The translations under genes and the position numbers were made by a program. The notes beneath the pieces were generated by a model. The model saw only the letters and a list, made by a program, of their open reading frames with translations, ran no database searches and had not been told where the DNA came from. This document shows positions 50,659 through 60,535 of a stretch of DNA of 64,000 nucleotides, piece after piece. Source of the stretch: an uncultured delta proteobacterium (lineage in GTDB: Bacteria; Desulfobacterota; Desulfomonilia; Desulfomonilales; Desulfomonilaceae); NCBI GenBank assembly GCA_963752855.1, contig CAVVZX010000054.1, positions 2,154 through 66,153 on the forward strand, read 5' to 3'. Within the stretch, counting starts at the first letter, position 1. Each line of letters opens with the position of its first letter.

Positions 50659-51372
50659 CGGCTTTCCGAACAAACACCTTTTTGCCGTTTCCTCAGAGAA
50701 GAGGTCGATTCTCACGATAGTTGTCTTTGTGAATAAATGAAGCGGCCAATAGCCGTGGGGCGGATTATGCCCATCGTTACTACTACCACGAGCTGACTTT
50801 TGGGCCTTGACACGGTGACGCAGCGGCCTGCGCCGGTATCAAGACGGGGTAGAAAGGGACAAATTCAATACGCGCCCTATACGTGGCGTTGTGTCGTTCA
50901 ATCTGCGCCTTGACAAGCTAGCCGCGTTTGTTTCGTTCCAGTTCAATTTCATTCTCTTTTCCACGACCCAGACCGTTTCCTAGCATTCCTGATCGTCCCC
51001 GAGATTTCCTTTATTTGATCTCCTTTTTCCGCCTCTTTCTCTTCTCAGCCTCTCTTCCGTAGAAGGATATAGAATACTCCGTGGACGTCATGACTTCACT
51101 GTTTTCATGGCCGGATCTCCGGCGTTGCCATGAAGCCGGCTCCGCTCGAGCAAAGGTCATGATGTTCGAGCACGTTTCTGAAATGATCTGGGGATTTGCG
51201 GAGGTCATTCAATGCAAGCGACATGTGGTCTTAAGACGTTGACATGCCTGAAACGACGTGATTGTATTTTCAGGTAGTTGCTCACCCACAGTGAGCGTAT
51301 GCGGAAAACTCAACGCAGGGCCGCGTGAACTCTTGAAAAAGTTGCACTGAGCGGACAATAAGGTGCTTTTGC

Positions 51373-53164
51373 GTGTGGAGACATCAAATGCATAACGAGA
51401 AAGTCCCAGCTAATGTGGAGAAAACCAAGATCAATTTCGACTCCAAGAATTCCTTCCAAGCCTCGGTCGAAGGTGAGGCAATGCTACGGCAAATAGTGGG
51501 CATGCTCTTCGATGGAATATTGATCGTCCAAAACGGTGTGATCATCGAGACCAATCACGGCCTCCTTTCCATGACAGGTTACGAAGCGTCGGAACTGATA
51601 GGTCACAAAATGGAAGAACTCGATGGTTGGCAAGATCTGAGTATATCTCTGGCAGCCGTTTCCTATGAATCAGTGTCATTCGAGTCGCTGCTACCTCGAA
51701 AAACTACTCGTCCTGTGTCTGCGACTGTGAGGGCCATACGCACAACCCATGATTCAGGGATTGTTATCGCTGTAGTCGCCGGGATGACTGAGGACCAGCC
51801 TGCCTCTGCTTCTCTGCTCAGAAGCGCCGAACGTTATCGTTCTCTGTTCGAAGCAATTCCCGACCTAGTTTTCACAAAGGACCAAGACCTGAGGTTTTCA
51901 GAAGTCAATCCGGCCATGGAAAAAGCCTTGGGACTGTCGGCATCCGAGATCGTCGGTCGAACGTCCGAACAAGTCTACGGCAAGGAAGCTGGGGAGCGCA
52001 TTCGGGCCTGGGATTTTCGTGTTCTCTCGGGTGAGACGATTGAGGAAGAAACACACAGTGCCGGTGAAAGGCGAGAAGCTAACTTTCCACGAGGTTCGCG
52101 TGCCGATCAGGAACAGCGCCGGGGAGATAACCGGAGTCTGCGGAATTGGTCGAGATATTACGGAACGACGCTCAGCTATGGTGAAACCAGATATTGCCCT
52201 ATCCGCCTATCGTTCCGTAGCTATGAAAGACACCATGGAGTTGGCCGGACAGGCAGCCGCTACGGACAGTATCGTTCTCTTGCTCGGAGAGAGCGGGTCA
52301 GGAAAGGACCATCTAGCCAGATGGATACACGAACATTCGGGACGATCCGGTAGTCCTTTCTTCGCTATTAACTGCGCCGCAGTCCCTCAGGATTTGGCGG
52401 AATCAGAGCTCTTCGGCCACGAAACGGGAGCTTTTACCGGGGCCAGGAATCGGAAGAAAGGATTACTGGAACTTGCAGAGGGCGGGACTCTGCTGTTGAA
52501 CGAGATCGCGGAACTGTCCCCATCGCTACAGTCAAAGCTATTGGCTTTTCTGGACTCCAGGTCTTTTCTCAGACTTGGCGGGCAAAAGGCTGTTCACGTT
52601 GACGCCCGTATCCTTGCCGCCACTCATAGAGTCCTGGAAGCGGAAGTTGAGACCGGCCGCTTCTCGAAACCACTCTTCTACAGGTTGAATGTGTTTCCGA
52701 TAAGGATGCCTCCCCTTCGTGACCGCATTGACGACATTCCCCAACTGTCCCGCGAACTCATCGCCAAGGTGGCGGCGGAGATGAATCTTTCCGGAACCCC
52801 TGCATTGGACCCGGAGTCTCTCAAAATCCTGACGAGGCACCTTTGGCCCGGTAATGTACGGGAGCTGAGGAATGTGCTCGAAAGGGGCTTGATATTATGG
52901 CAGAGCGGGAAATTGAAGTTGACTGTACCCGCCGCTGACCTAGATGTGGATGAGTTGTCATTCCAAATTTCATTACCGCATGGCAAGAAATTAAAAGAAT
53001 TGTCCGGAGAATTTCGGAGACTAATCTGCGTCGAGGCCATTCGACGAAGCGGAGGAAACCGCACTGCCGCAGCTCGAACTCTGGGGTTGTCCAGGGATTC
53101 CTTGTATCGTCACCTCAGGAACGATGCCAGTTCTCAAGAGACGGTGGACAAGCATAGGTCCTGA
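51373..53164 (+). CDS. sigma54-dependent transcriptional activator with N-terminal PAS domains, one frameshift near 52055
   Basis: Pieces 51373..52353 and 52019..53164. AAA+ core with GESGSGK, the GAFTGA loop and ..NVRELRNVLER.. C-terminal HTH AAARTLGLSRDSLYRHL. No receiver domain. The start could instead be ATG 51388. Confidence 0.85.
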
Positions 53165-53498
53165 CCGAAGTACCCGTGTGGCGCCTAAAGTTCTCGCGCT
53201 CACGATGCGGCGTGACGCTCGCACGACCTGTTCGCAGTTTATTGATCCCTCAAAAGCAGAGCGCTATATGGTTGTCTGCTTTTTCCGCCAACAGTTGGCA
53301 GCGGCAACGCCGCAAAAGGGGTGTCTTATTTTTCTTACACTATTGATTTGAACTATTAAACGGTATCGCATAACCACCACATGTTCCATGTCCGGCTCTC
53401 TGACTGTGCCCCTAAATTCCTCACGGGATGGTCCATTTTCTCAAATCTCAAATCCGGAACCTATAGCCCTTTGTTCGTCATTCCTCCCCAAATGTGAT

Positions 53499-53514
53499 CG
53501 GCATAGATATTGCT
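53499..53514 (+). promoter_or_regulatory. candidate sigma54 (-24/-12) promoter
   Basis: cGGCAt-agata-TTGCt has exact GG-N10-GC spacing, against the consensus TGGCAC-N5-TTGC. It lies 134 nt upstream of ATG 53648 and downstream of the sigma54 activator gene. Confidence 0.55.
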
Positions 53515-53647
53515 TGAGCCAGGTGCTCTCATCAAACTTTGATGTTGCCGGAGAGCGACACGGGGGCGAGGATCGTGTTTGACATGAGGACTCCGGACTG
53601 TTTAGCGCTGAGCGCTTGATCTCCGAGAACAGGAAAAAGGAATAAAT

Positions 53648-55396
53648 ATGGCTATTAGTCGTGCCGTATGGATTCTCACCGCAACAATCATCTTCGTCTT
53701 TCTTGGCGTGGAGAATTGCAGGTGTGACAACCCCGACGCCCCCAAAGGTCTTTTGTTATTGCAGGGCAAAGTGCTGGACTCGGCCGGAAATCCTCTTTCG
53801 GATGCTAACGTGCTGCCCTATCTCAACGGAAAACCATTCATGCCGGCATTTCATGGAGGAACGGCTCTCAAGGGATTGACCACAGGCAGAAATGGTCTCT
53901 TTATGATTGAGGTTCCGGCTCCGCTTGAGAAGATCAGAGACGGGAAATGGTCTCTCAAGGTCACTAGGCCCAGCTTCAAGCCTTCGGCGGTAATTCCTCT
54001 GACCAAGATCCACGACCAAGGACCGGATCGAGGAGGTCCCGAACGTTTTGTCACTACGACTACCGTTTCCCTAGAAAGATATCAAGGCGCCGCCTTTTGG
54101 ATTGCCCTAGTTGTCTTCGTGGCAATGTACGTCCTCATAGCCTTCGAGATCCTGCACAGGACCCTGGCTGCTTTTCTCGGCGCAATGGCGCTCTTGGTCA
54201 TAACTCATAGCCTTGGAAATTTCGACGAAGCGTACAAGATCCTGACATACGAACAAGCTTTGCATACCGTCGACTGGAACGTGATCTTCCTCTTGATGGG
54301 CATGATGATGATAGTTGGGGTATTGAAGCCATCAGGAGTGTTCCAGTGGCTCGCCTACAAGTCTTTTCAGATGGCAAGGGGGAAGATTTTTCTTCTTTCT
54401 TCAATCCTTTGTGTTGTTACGGCTGTCTTGAGCGCTTTCCTCGACAACGTGACCACGATGCTTCTACTGACGCCGGTCACTATGGAAATCGCTCTGGTCC
54501 TTGGGGTATCCCCATTCGTATTTCTGTTGCCGGAGGTAGTCGCTTCAAACTTCGGAGGAACGGCAACCTTGATTGGCGATCCACCGAATATCATGATCGG
54601 CTCCTACGCGGGGCTCACCTTCAACGATTTCGTCATCAATCTGACCCCGGTTGTGTTGGCAGTAATGATCACTCAAATCCTTTACAACAAAATCCTTTAT
54701 GGCCGCCAATACCACAGAGCAAGGGTGGAAGACGTTCCCAAGATGATCTCGTTCTTGAAGGAAAAGTACCCCATCACGGATCACAGGGTCCTAACTATCG
54801 GAGGCAGCGTGCTCCTGGGCGTGATCGTGCTTTTCATTCTTCACGGGGTATTCCATATGGAGGTCAGCGTCGCCGCTTTGTTCGGGGCGGCGATGATAAT
54901 CCTTCTAAACAAAATGGATATCGTTGAGCTGTTGGAGAAGGAAATTGAGTGGCCGTCCCTCTTGTTCTTTATCATGCTCTTCATCGTTGTCGGAGGAGCG
55001 GAACAGACAGGCATCCTTCAGGCGGTTGCCGACTGGATACTGAAAATGTGTCAGGGCAATCTCACGGTTGCGGTGCTAATAATCCTTTGGGTCTCCGGGA
55101 TTGCCTCAGCCATTATAGACAACATCCCTTTCACAGCAACAATGCTCCCGATTGTGGCTTTTCTGGGCAAGACCGTCCCTGGCGCCGAAACCGGCGTTCT
55201 TTGGTGGGCACTGGCTCTGGGCGCGTGTTTTGGAGGCAATGGAACTATAATCGGAGCGTCCGCGAATGTCGTCACCACAGGCATAGCGGAAAAAGCCGGT
55301 TACAAGATAAGCTTCTATCAATACCTGAAGGAAGCCGCCCCTATCACTATCGTGAGCTTGATCATGGCGTCGGCATTCCTGTTGGTTCGCTACTGA
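53648..55396 (+). CDS. ArsB/NhaD-superfamily (citrate-transporter-like) permease with N-terminal exported beta-rich domain
   Basis: 582 aa, intact. Signal/anchor, then about 110 aa resembling a carboxypeptidase-regulatory-like fold (LQGKVLDSAGNPLSDANV), then 10 or more TM with duplicated halves. Confidence 0.75.
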   Translation: MAISRAVWILTATIIFVFLGVENCRCDNPDAPKGLLLLQGKVLDSAGNPLSDANVLPYLNGKPFMPAFHGGTALKGLTTGRNGLFMIEVPAPLEKIRDGKWSLKVTRPSFKPSAVIPLTKIHDQGPDRGGPERFVTTTTVSLERYQGAAFWIALVVFVAMYVLIAFEILHRTLAAFLGAMALLVITHSLGNFDEAYKILTYEQALHTVDWNVIFLLMGMMMIVGVLKPSGVFQWLAYKSFQMARGKIFLLSSILCVVTAVLSAFLDNVTTMLLLTPVTMEIALVLGVSPFVFLLPEVVASNFGGTATLIGDPPNIMIGSYAGLTFNDFVINLTPVVLAVMITQILYNKILYGRQYHRARVEDVPKMISFLKEKYPITDHRVLTIGGSVLLGVIVLFILHGVFHMEVSVAALFGAAMIILLNKMDIVELLEKEIEWPSLLFFIMLFIVVGGAEQTGILQAVADWILKMCQGNLTVAVLIILWVSGIASAIIDNIPFTATMLPIVAFLGKTVPGAETGVLWWALALGACFGGNGTIIGASANVVTTGIAEKAGYKISFYQYLKEAAPITIVSLIMASAFLLVRY

Positions 55397-55459
55397 GCAC
55401 CGAAGCGTTTGAGAAGCCATAAAGAGAAGGTGGTGTGGAATCCCGATCAGTCGGCTCTA

Positions 55460-55774
55460 TCATTCACGGGCTGAGATCATTTCCTCCAGCCAGCCGTAGG
55501 CCGCGATCATAGCGGGAAATCCTACGATAGTCGCGGAAAGTAGCACGGTCTGCAATAATTGCTCCTTGGTGGCGCCTGCATCCAAGGCCCTCCGAGCATG
55601 AGATCGGACACCTCCCTGGGAGTTCGCGCCCACAGCGATGCCCATCTGTATCAAATGCTGTGTAACATTATCTATCGGTCCGGCTTGCGAACATAGCTCG
55701 CCCACTTTAAGCAGAGCTTCGGAAATGTCCCGGTTTCTCTCTACAAATTTCTTGAAGATGTCCGGTAAATACAT
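55460..55774 (-). CDS. carboxymuconolactone decarboxylase (AhpD-like) family protein
   Basis: Start moved to ATG 55774 (MYLPDIFKKF) with GGAGGGG upstream. ..HLIQMGIAVGANSQGGVRSHARRALDAGATKEQLLQTV.. fits the CMD fold. Confidence 0.68.
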   Translation of the reverse strand: MYLPDIFKKFVERNRDISEALLKVGELCSQAGPIDNVTQHLIQMGIAVGANSQGGVRSHARRALDAGATKEQLLQTVLLSATIVGFPAMIAAYGWLEEMISARE

Positions 55775-55839
55775 TGCAGTTCCCCTCCGTTTACACAGAT
55801 ATCGAATCTTTTCATAATTTATCATGAATAGGTCTAATA

Positions 55840-56995
55840 CCAATGCGCGGCTGAAAATGTAATTTGGCCTCGCGTAGTTTCGCCGTTCCTGCTATGTCCT
55901 CCCAGGCTACGGGAGGTAGTCATGGCAAGGATCACCAAAGCCCGTCCGCATATGTCGGAAGAAGACCTCCGGATCCGACTGAAGGCCACTCCGGATCGCA
56001 AGACCGCCCAGAAATTGTTGGTAATTTTGAATGCCACTGTAGATCCGAGACCTGCGGAAGAAATAGCCCTTCATATGGGGGTGTCGGTTCACAGTGTGCA
56101 CAACTGGATTTCGGCCTACAATAGATCGGGTCTTGAAGGAATCTTGGGCACTGGAATTCCTGAGCCGCGAAATGGGCATATGAGTAGGGAAGAAGAAATC
56201 CTCTTGTTGAAGCCCTTTTTCGACAGCGCTGCAAAGGGAGAGATCACTACTGTAGCTCGGATCCGGGAGGCTCTTGAGGACCGTGTGGGCAAACCATTGC
56301 ATCATTCTGTCGTTTACAGGTTCTTGCACAGAAATGGGTGGCGCAAGGTGGTGCCGAGACCCAGCCATGTGAAATCCCGAGAGGAAGTCCAAGAAGAGTT
56401 CAAGAAAGAGTTTCCCGAGAAGATCAACGGAATTCTCGCTCAAAGAGATCCCGACGACTCCCGGCCCGTGGCCCTTCTGTCCCAGGATGAAGGAAGATTC
56501 GGCAGGATCAACCCGCCTCGGGCCTGTTGGGCTCCTGAAGGGATGCGGCCTAAGGTCCCTCGACAGATCGTACGCGCATATGTGTATGTGTACACGGCTC
56601 TGTGCATGGCATCCGGGAAAATGACCTCCCTGATCCTTCCCTACGCCAACACCGATATGATGAATCTGTTTCTGAAGCAAGTTTCGCAGGACTTCAAAGA
56701 TTTCTTCGTGATTATGCTCATCGACCAAGCAGGATGGCACGTGGCAAAAAAACTAAGGGTACCATCAAACATAAGACTGCTCCCGCAACCTCCACATAGC
56801 CCGGAACTCAATCCGGTCGAGCATGTCTGGGAAGATCTGAGAGAAAAAGCCATGCCGAACAAGGCATTCAAATCTCTCGATGAAGTAGAGGAAGCACTTT
56901 GTCGTCGGCTGAGACAGCTCGAAAGTGATCCTAACATGGTTCGGTCGATGACCGACTTTCCATACTTGAGAGTCACTTGTTAAGAAGCGCATTCG
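55840..56995 (+). mobile_element. IS630-family insertion sequence (about 1.16 kb)
   Basis: Single transposase ORF. Imperfect terminal inverted repeats CCAATGCGCGGCT (55840-) and AGAAGCGCATTCG (-56995), about 20 of 28 positions matching when extended. Each is flanked by TA (55838-39 and 56996-97), as expected for IS630 TA target duplication. Confidence 0.7.
55922..56983 (+). CDS. IS630-family DDE transposase
   Basis: 353 aa, intact. N-terminal HTH (AEEIALHMGVSVHSVHNWI). DDE region with LLSQDEGRFG, MLIDQAGWH and PPHSPELNPVEHVWEDLR. Confidence 0.88.
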   Translation: MARITKARPHMSEEDLRIRLKATPDRKTAQKLLVILNATVDPRPAEEIALHMGVSVHSVHNWISAYNRSGLEGILGTGIPEPRNGHMSREEEILLLKPFFDSAAKGEITTVARIREALEDRVGKPLHHSVVYRFLHRNGWRKVVPRPSHVKSREEVQEEFKKEFPEKINGILAQRDPDDSRPVALLSQDEGRFGRINPPRACWAPEGMRPKVPRQIVRAYVYVYTALCMASGKMTSLILPYANTDMMNLFLKQVSQDFKDFFVIMLIDQAGWHVAKKLRVPSNIRLLPQPPHSPELNPVEHVWEDLREKAMPNKAFKSLDEVEEALCRRLRQLESDPNMVRSMTDFPYLRVTC

Positions 56996-57559
56996 TATGA
57001 CTCCCCACCTAACGCATTTCCTGTCTTTCCCGGACAGGAGGGTTGGACACCGGCTTGGGCGGATGCTGATCTGACAAGCGTGACCAGGTTTGAGATGAGT
57101 CAGAAATTTAGTTGGCACGGCCCGTTTATCGGTGTTCGTATGTCAAATAGTCTCGGCTACGGTTTTCAATGGTTTTTCGATACACGGGTTTATCCATGGT
57201 TATTCGGAAACTATGCTTTTTCGTGGAGTGGCGCTTATCTCGACCCGTTCTTGAATTTCAGCCCAGGGGTTTGGGGAACGCAGTACAGCAATATTAGCGG
57301 CACGAATAGGTGGGGCGCAGATGTAGATTTTCGTTGCCGCAGTTATTTAGTGCGTTCTTTCATAATTGAGTTGGAAGGTCGTTATTCATACGCCTCCATG
57401 TCAGGTTCGACCCTGGAATTTCAACAGCTAAGCAATGCTTACGGCCCCTCTATTCCGTCCTATTGGGGAGCCGGAAATTACTCTCAGCAAACCCCTGAAA
57501 CTCTCAACGTACGCCAACAGCTCTGGATGTTTGGCGGAAGTTTAGAAATCGGTTTCTAA
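56984..57559 (+). pseudogene. 5'-truncated outer-membrane beta-barrel gene remnant abutting the IS630 end
   Basis: The frame of ORF 57080..57559 is open back to the base after the transposase stop (56984). Gly/aromatic-rich, ending ..FGGSLEIGF (terminal Phe). No N-terminal half or signal peptide exists upstream of the IS. Confidence 0.45.
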
Positions 57560-57566
57560 TTAATCC

Positions 57567-57835
57567 GGGGAGGGCGTTTTTGCAAAAAGTGCTCCGCGCA
57601 CGGCGATAAATGAGCCTCAAGCAGGCGCCATGGTTGTCAACGGCGAGGCATTTCCGGCGCATTACTGGCCCCACGCCGAGTGGCCCGGACCCCTCTTCAA
57701 AAACTCTTATATGGCCGGCGGAACCACCGACGCTGATGTGCGGCGGGCGTGGCGATGCCCACGGCTGTTGGTGGGACCGGCGTCTTGCCGGTCATTATCG
57801 GTAGCGACCGGCCTCCGTGCCGGTCAATTCTTTTT
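57567..57835 (+). repeat. composite ~270-bp extragenic repeat, copy 1
   Basis: Modules in order: GCAAAAA palindrome (ggggagggcgtttttgcaaaaagtgctccgcgcacggc), ggccccacgccgagtggcccgg, aaaaactcttatatggccggcggaaccaccgacgctgatgt, then two hairpins gaccggc-gtctt-gccggtc (57775-57793) and gaccggc-ctccgt-gccggtc (57806-57825). Same order as 61462..61735. Confidence 0.8.
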
Positions 57836-58132
57836 CTTCGGCCTCAGGCTCCGACCTCGGAAGACATATCGAGAGGCTCCACCTCTTCTGTCCTAGCGTG
57901 GCATTAAGAAGAAAGTCAGAGCAGATACTGGACGATACACGTTCCCGGGTTGGAGCCTGGGCAACGGGATGAGAATCGTCGGGCGTTTTACCGGAAGCAT
58001 ATCGTTGCATTGCCGCTGTGTTTTGATAGTGTACCGCCATTCGCAAAGACGGGTTGCGGTAAAGTGCCTTCTAATAGTTGGTCGTGTCGCTGAGAAAAAA
58101 CGGGGATAGCTCATGCGAGTGGCGGAGGCAGG

Positions 58133-58432
58133 ATGAGCTCGCGAAAACCAATGAAGTTTAATACTGCACTGAGGCATGTACCGGAAAGACTTCTCACGAT
58201 TAAGCTATCTTGCCCCAATTGCCAGACGACTTATGCTCCCGATTGGCTCAATCCAAATTATGAAGACCTGGGGCCTATAAAACCTAAATACTCCTTTGGG
58301 CGGGAGCCTTATAATGGCCCTGGGAGATGGATTCCTACTGGTGTAGAAATAAAATGCCCTCGTTGCGGTACAGGTAGGCTTCTTGAGTTTCCCTGTAGAA
58401 AAGATGACTGGCAAAGGATTGCTTTTTGGTGA
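58133..58432 (+). CDS. small zinc-ribbon protein (99 aa)
   Basis: Contains CPNC...(52 aa)...CPRC. Lies in a low-GC stretch. Its 3' end overlaps the start of the DUF3800-like reading frame by 29 nt. Confidence 0.5.
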   Translation: MSSRKPMKFNTALRHVPERLLTIKLSCPNCQTTYAPDWLNPNYEDLGPIKPKYSFGREPYNGPGRWIPTGVEIKCPRCGTGRLLEFPCRKDDWQRIAFW

Positions 58433-59194
58433 TGAAGCGTACAGAGATTATGGGAGTAAATTCGTCTATACCTATTCTCTGGTTGGAGCAGATGACAAGC
58501 TGATAGCCAACATTGATCATTCGATCAAAGCTTTAAAGAAAAGGCTCTGCTCTTCCAGAGATCCGAATTCCTGGCATTTTCACATGAAGGAGTTGTGCCG
58601 TTCAGACCACAGGAGAACACAAGATTTTCAGGGATTGGGATAGAACGAAAATAGAATGAGCTATCGATTTCTCTTCGATATCTTAAAAGCCACTCCGGAT
58701 TTGTTCATTTACAATATTTCGTTAACACAGGAGAAAATCGGCAGCACGATTGCTAAGAAGTTTACGAGATTCGAAATGAGAAATAGCTCGTATATTCTGT
58801 TGCTCCTCAGTGTTATCGATGAATTTACCAGGAAAGGAGCCCAGCCGCATATTTACTTCGATGCTGAGAAGCGTTCGGCGGGGAACAAGATCATTCAAGC
58901 CTGGGCGGGGATACCTTTCATGACTCCCGACGCTGTCTTGTGTATGCATACTTGGCGAGAGGCATCGAGATAAAGGAGCCAGAATTTGTCAAGCCTTCAT
59001 TGTATCCGTGCCTTGAGCTTGCTGATTTCGTCAGCTATGTGGTGGCTAGATTCCACCTGAAGAAGTGGCAGAATGATAAAATAGAGATGGACCCTTTGCG
59101 ATTTGGAACCGTGACCTATCTTGGTTTCGATAAGAATGTAAATCTTGTTCCGACACGTCAAGAGGGGTATCCGTGGCATGTGTTTCACAGATGA
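58404..59194 (+). pseudogene. DUF3800-like gene, disrupted by an in-frame TAG and one frameshift (family assignment tentative)
   Basis: Pieces 58383..58643, 58656..58973 (same frame, separated by TAG 58641-58643 where TGG would give ..FQGLGWNENR..) and 58940..59194. N-terminal LLFGDEAY, WHFHMKEL and C-terminal CLELADFVSYVVARF resemble the DUF3800 DE, FH..dL and LQlADlia motifs. Confidence 0.45.
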
Positions 59195-59235
59195 AAGTAT
59201 TAACACTTGCTAGCTGAAAGAATTCGAATAACCCG

Positions 59236-59715
59236 ATGGCATTCACAACCTCAATCGAAGATCGGTACTTCGAGGATTACATCCCGGGCGCTGTCCACGA
59301 GTTCGGTAGCATAGTCGCCGATGAAGCCGAAATGATCGCCTTTGCTCAACGGTTCGATCCTCAGCCGTTTCACACAGATCCGGAGGCGGCTAAGAAGTCA
59401 ATATTCGGAGGGCTGATCGCAAGTGGATGGTACACCGCGGGTCTGATGATGCGGCTGTATATCGATCATTACCTCTCCCACGTCGCAAGCTTGAGTTCTC
59501 CCGGAGTCGATCAGTTGCGCTGGCTTATACCGGTGCGCCCCGGCGATGTGATTTCTTTGCGGATAACCATCACAGAAACCAAACGCTCACGCTCAAAACC
59601 GGATCGGGGAATCGTTCATTCATACATCGAGGCGCTGAACCAGAATGGCGCCATAGTCATGACCGTGATCGGTGTGAACCTTTTGGGCTGCGGGAGGCTG
59701 CCATGGACTGAGTAG
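59236..59715 (+). CDS. MaoC-like (R)-specific enoyl-CoA hydratase/dehydratase, single hot-dog
   Basis: 159 aa. ..FAQRFDPQPFHTDPEAAKKSIFGGLIASGWYT.. is the MaoC/NodN hydratase motif region. Confidence 0.8.
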   Translation: MAFTTSIEDRYFEDYIPGAVHEFGSIVADEAEMIAFAQRFDPQPFHTDPEAAKKSIFGGLIASGWYTAGLMMRLYIDHYLSHVASLSSPGVDQLRWLIPVRPGDVISLRITITETKRSRSKPDRGIVHSYIEALNQNGAIVMTVIGVNLLGCGRLPWTE

Positions 59716-59718
59716 CTT

Positions 59719-60320
59719 TCCGGGAAACCCTTTTTTTGTGTAAAAAAGTGTTTCCCGGACCCTTCCCAAAAAACTCTAACATTGTAATGGTTAGCTGGGA
59801 ACGCACCGATTTGTGGTGTGCGGACGACCAATGCTGTCATTTTTCCCCGTTACAGGGCGCCATTTAAGAGTTTTCGGAAAGGGGGGACCGGGTCCACTGG
59901 GCGTGGGGCCAACAATGCACGTCAATGGTCCTTGCCGAACAGGTGTCCGCCTCAATCTTCCCGCAAGGGACACCTCATCTCGGTCAATCTGCGCCTTACG
60001 GACTGCCACGGGTGGCCCTCTCGTCGCGGAATATCTACACAGCCTTGGCGCACCGCTAGCCGTATAAAGAGTTCTTGCCGGAGGGGCCGGGCCACTGGGC
60101 GTGGTGCCAACATGCATCTTGAGGCTGAGTGCCCTCGACACACCGGGATATTCGCTGATGCATAATCGCCGTCCGCGGAGGACCTTCCTTCCAAGAAGCG
60201 GGTTCCCGGTGGCCTTCTCAGCGCCCCTGCTGATCCTCTGTCGAAGATCCCCGGACACCTATTTTGGTTGCGGTCGCAGGCAGCCTTTTGCAAAAGGCTT
60301 TTCCCCCTGGACTATCCGCT
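59719..60320. repeat. cluster of extragenic repeat modules (no credible gene)
   Basis: Palindrome tccgggaaaccctttttttgtgtaaaaaagtgtttcccgga (59719-59759). cccaaaaaactc module. Inverted ccatttaagagtttt and ccactgggcgtggggcc modules (about 59860-59915 and 60083-60112). Perfect 18-nt palindrome agccttttgcaaaaggct (60282-60299). Confidence 0.75.
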
Positions 60321-60401
60321 TTCTGAAAATCATTTCTCTTCCAATAAACGGGGCAAATGCAGTAATCAATCTCAACGAGAAGTAGATCTTCCTTTGCCTA
60401 T

Positions 60402-60535
60402 AACTGGTTGCAAAACCCCGACATCGCGTTGTAAAGCAGTAGGGGCGCTTCGAGAAGCGCCCTGATCTCGGGCGGTTCACGAACCGCCCAGAATGACCGA
60501 CGTCGTCTGGTCCCATCGAGGTTTTACAACCAGTT
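60402..60535. mobile_element. MITE-like element, family 2 (16-bp terminal inverted repeats, internal double hairpin)
   Basis: AACTGGTTGCAAAACC (60402-60417) pairs with GGTTTTACAACCAGTT (60520-60535), 15/16 complementary. Inside are gggcgcttc-ga-gaagcgccc and gggcggttc-ac-gaaccgccc. A half copy lies at 19894..19944. Confidence 0.75.

Noticed and set aside
50660-51372. About 0.7 kb non-coding stretch, with ORFs 50146..50403, 50345..50599 and 51011..51208, inspected for a tRNA, integrase remnant or att site.
   Set aside because: No cloverleaf-compatible T-arm/acceptor pairing and no integrase motifs were seen. The ORFs lack SD sequences and family features.
57610-57896. ORFs translating repeat elements. 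The set is 57610..57804, 57630..57896, 59791..60258, 59818..60165, 61605..61898, 61693..62277, 63434..63679 and 63633..63977, plus 38963..39160, 40082..40479 and the N-terminus of 48336..49430.
   Set aside because: They consist of the recurring modules ([46 protein letters not shown]). They lack SD sequences, overlap each other on both strands and recur at several loci.
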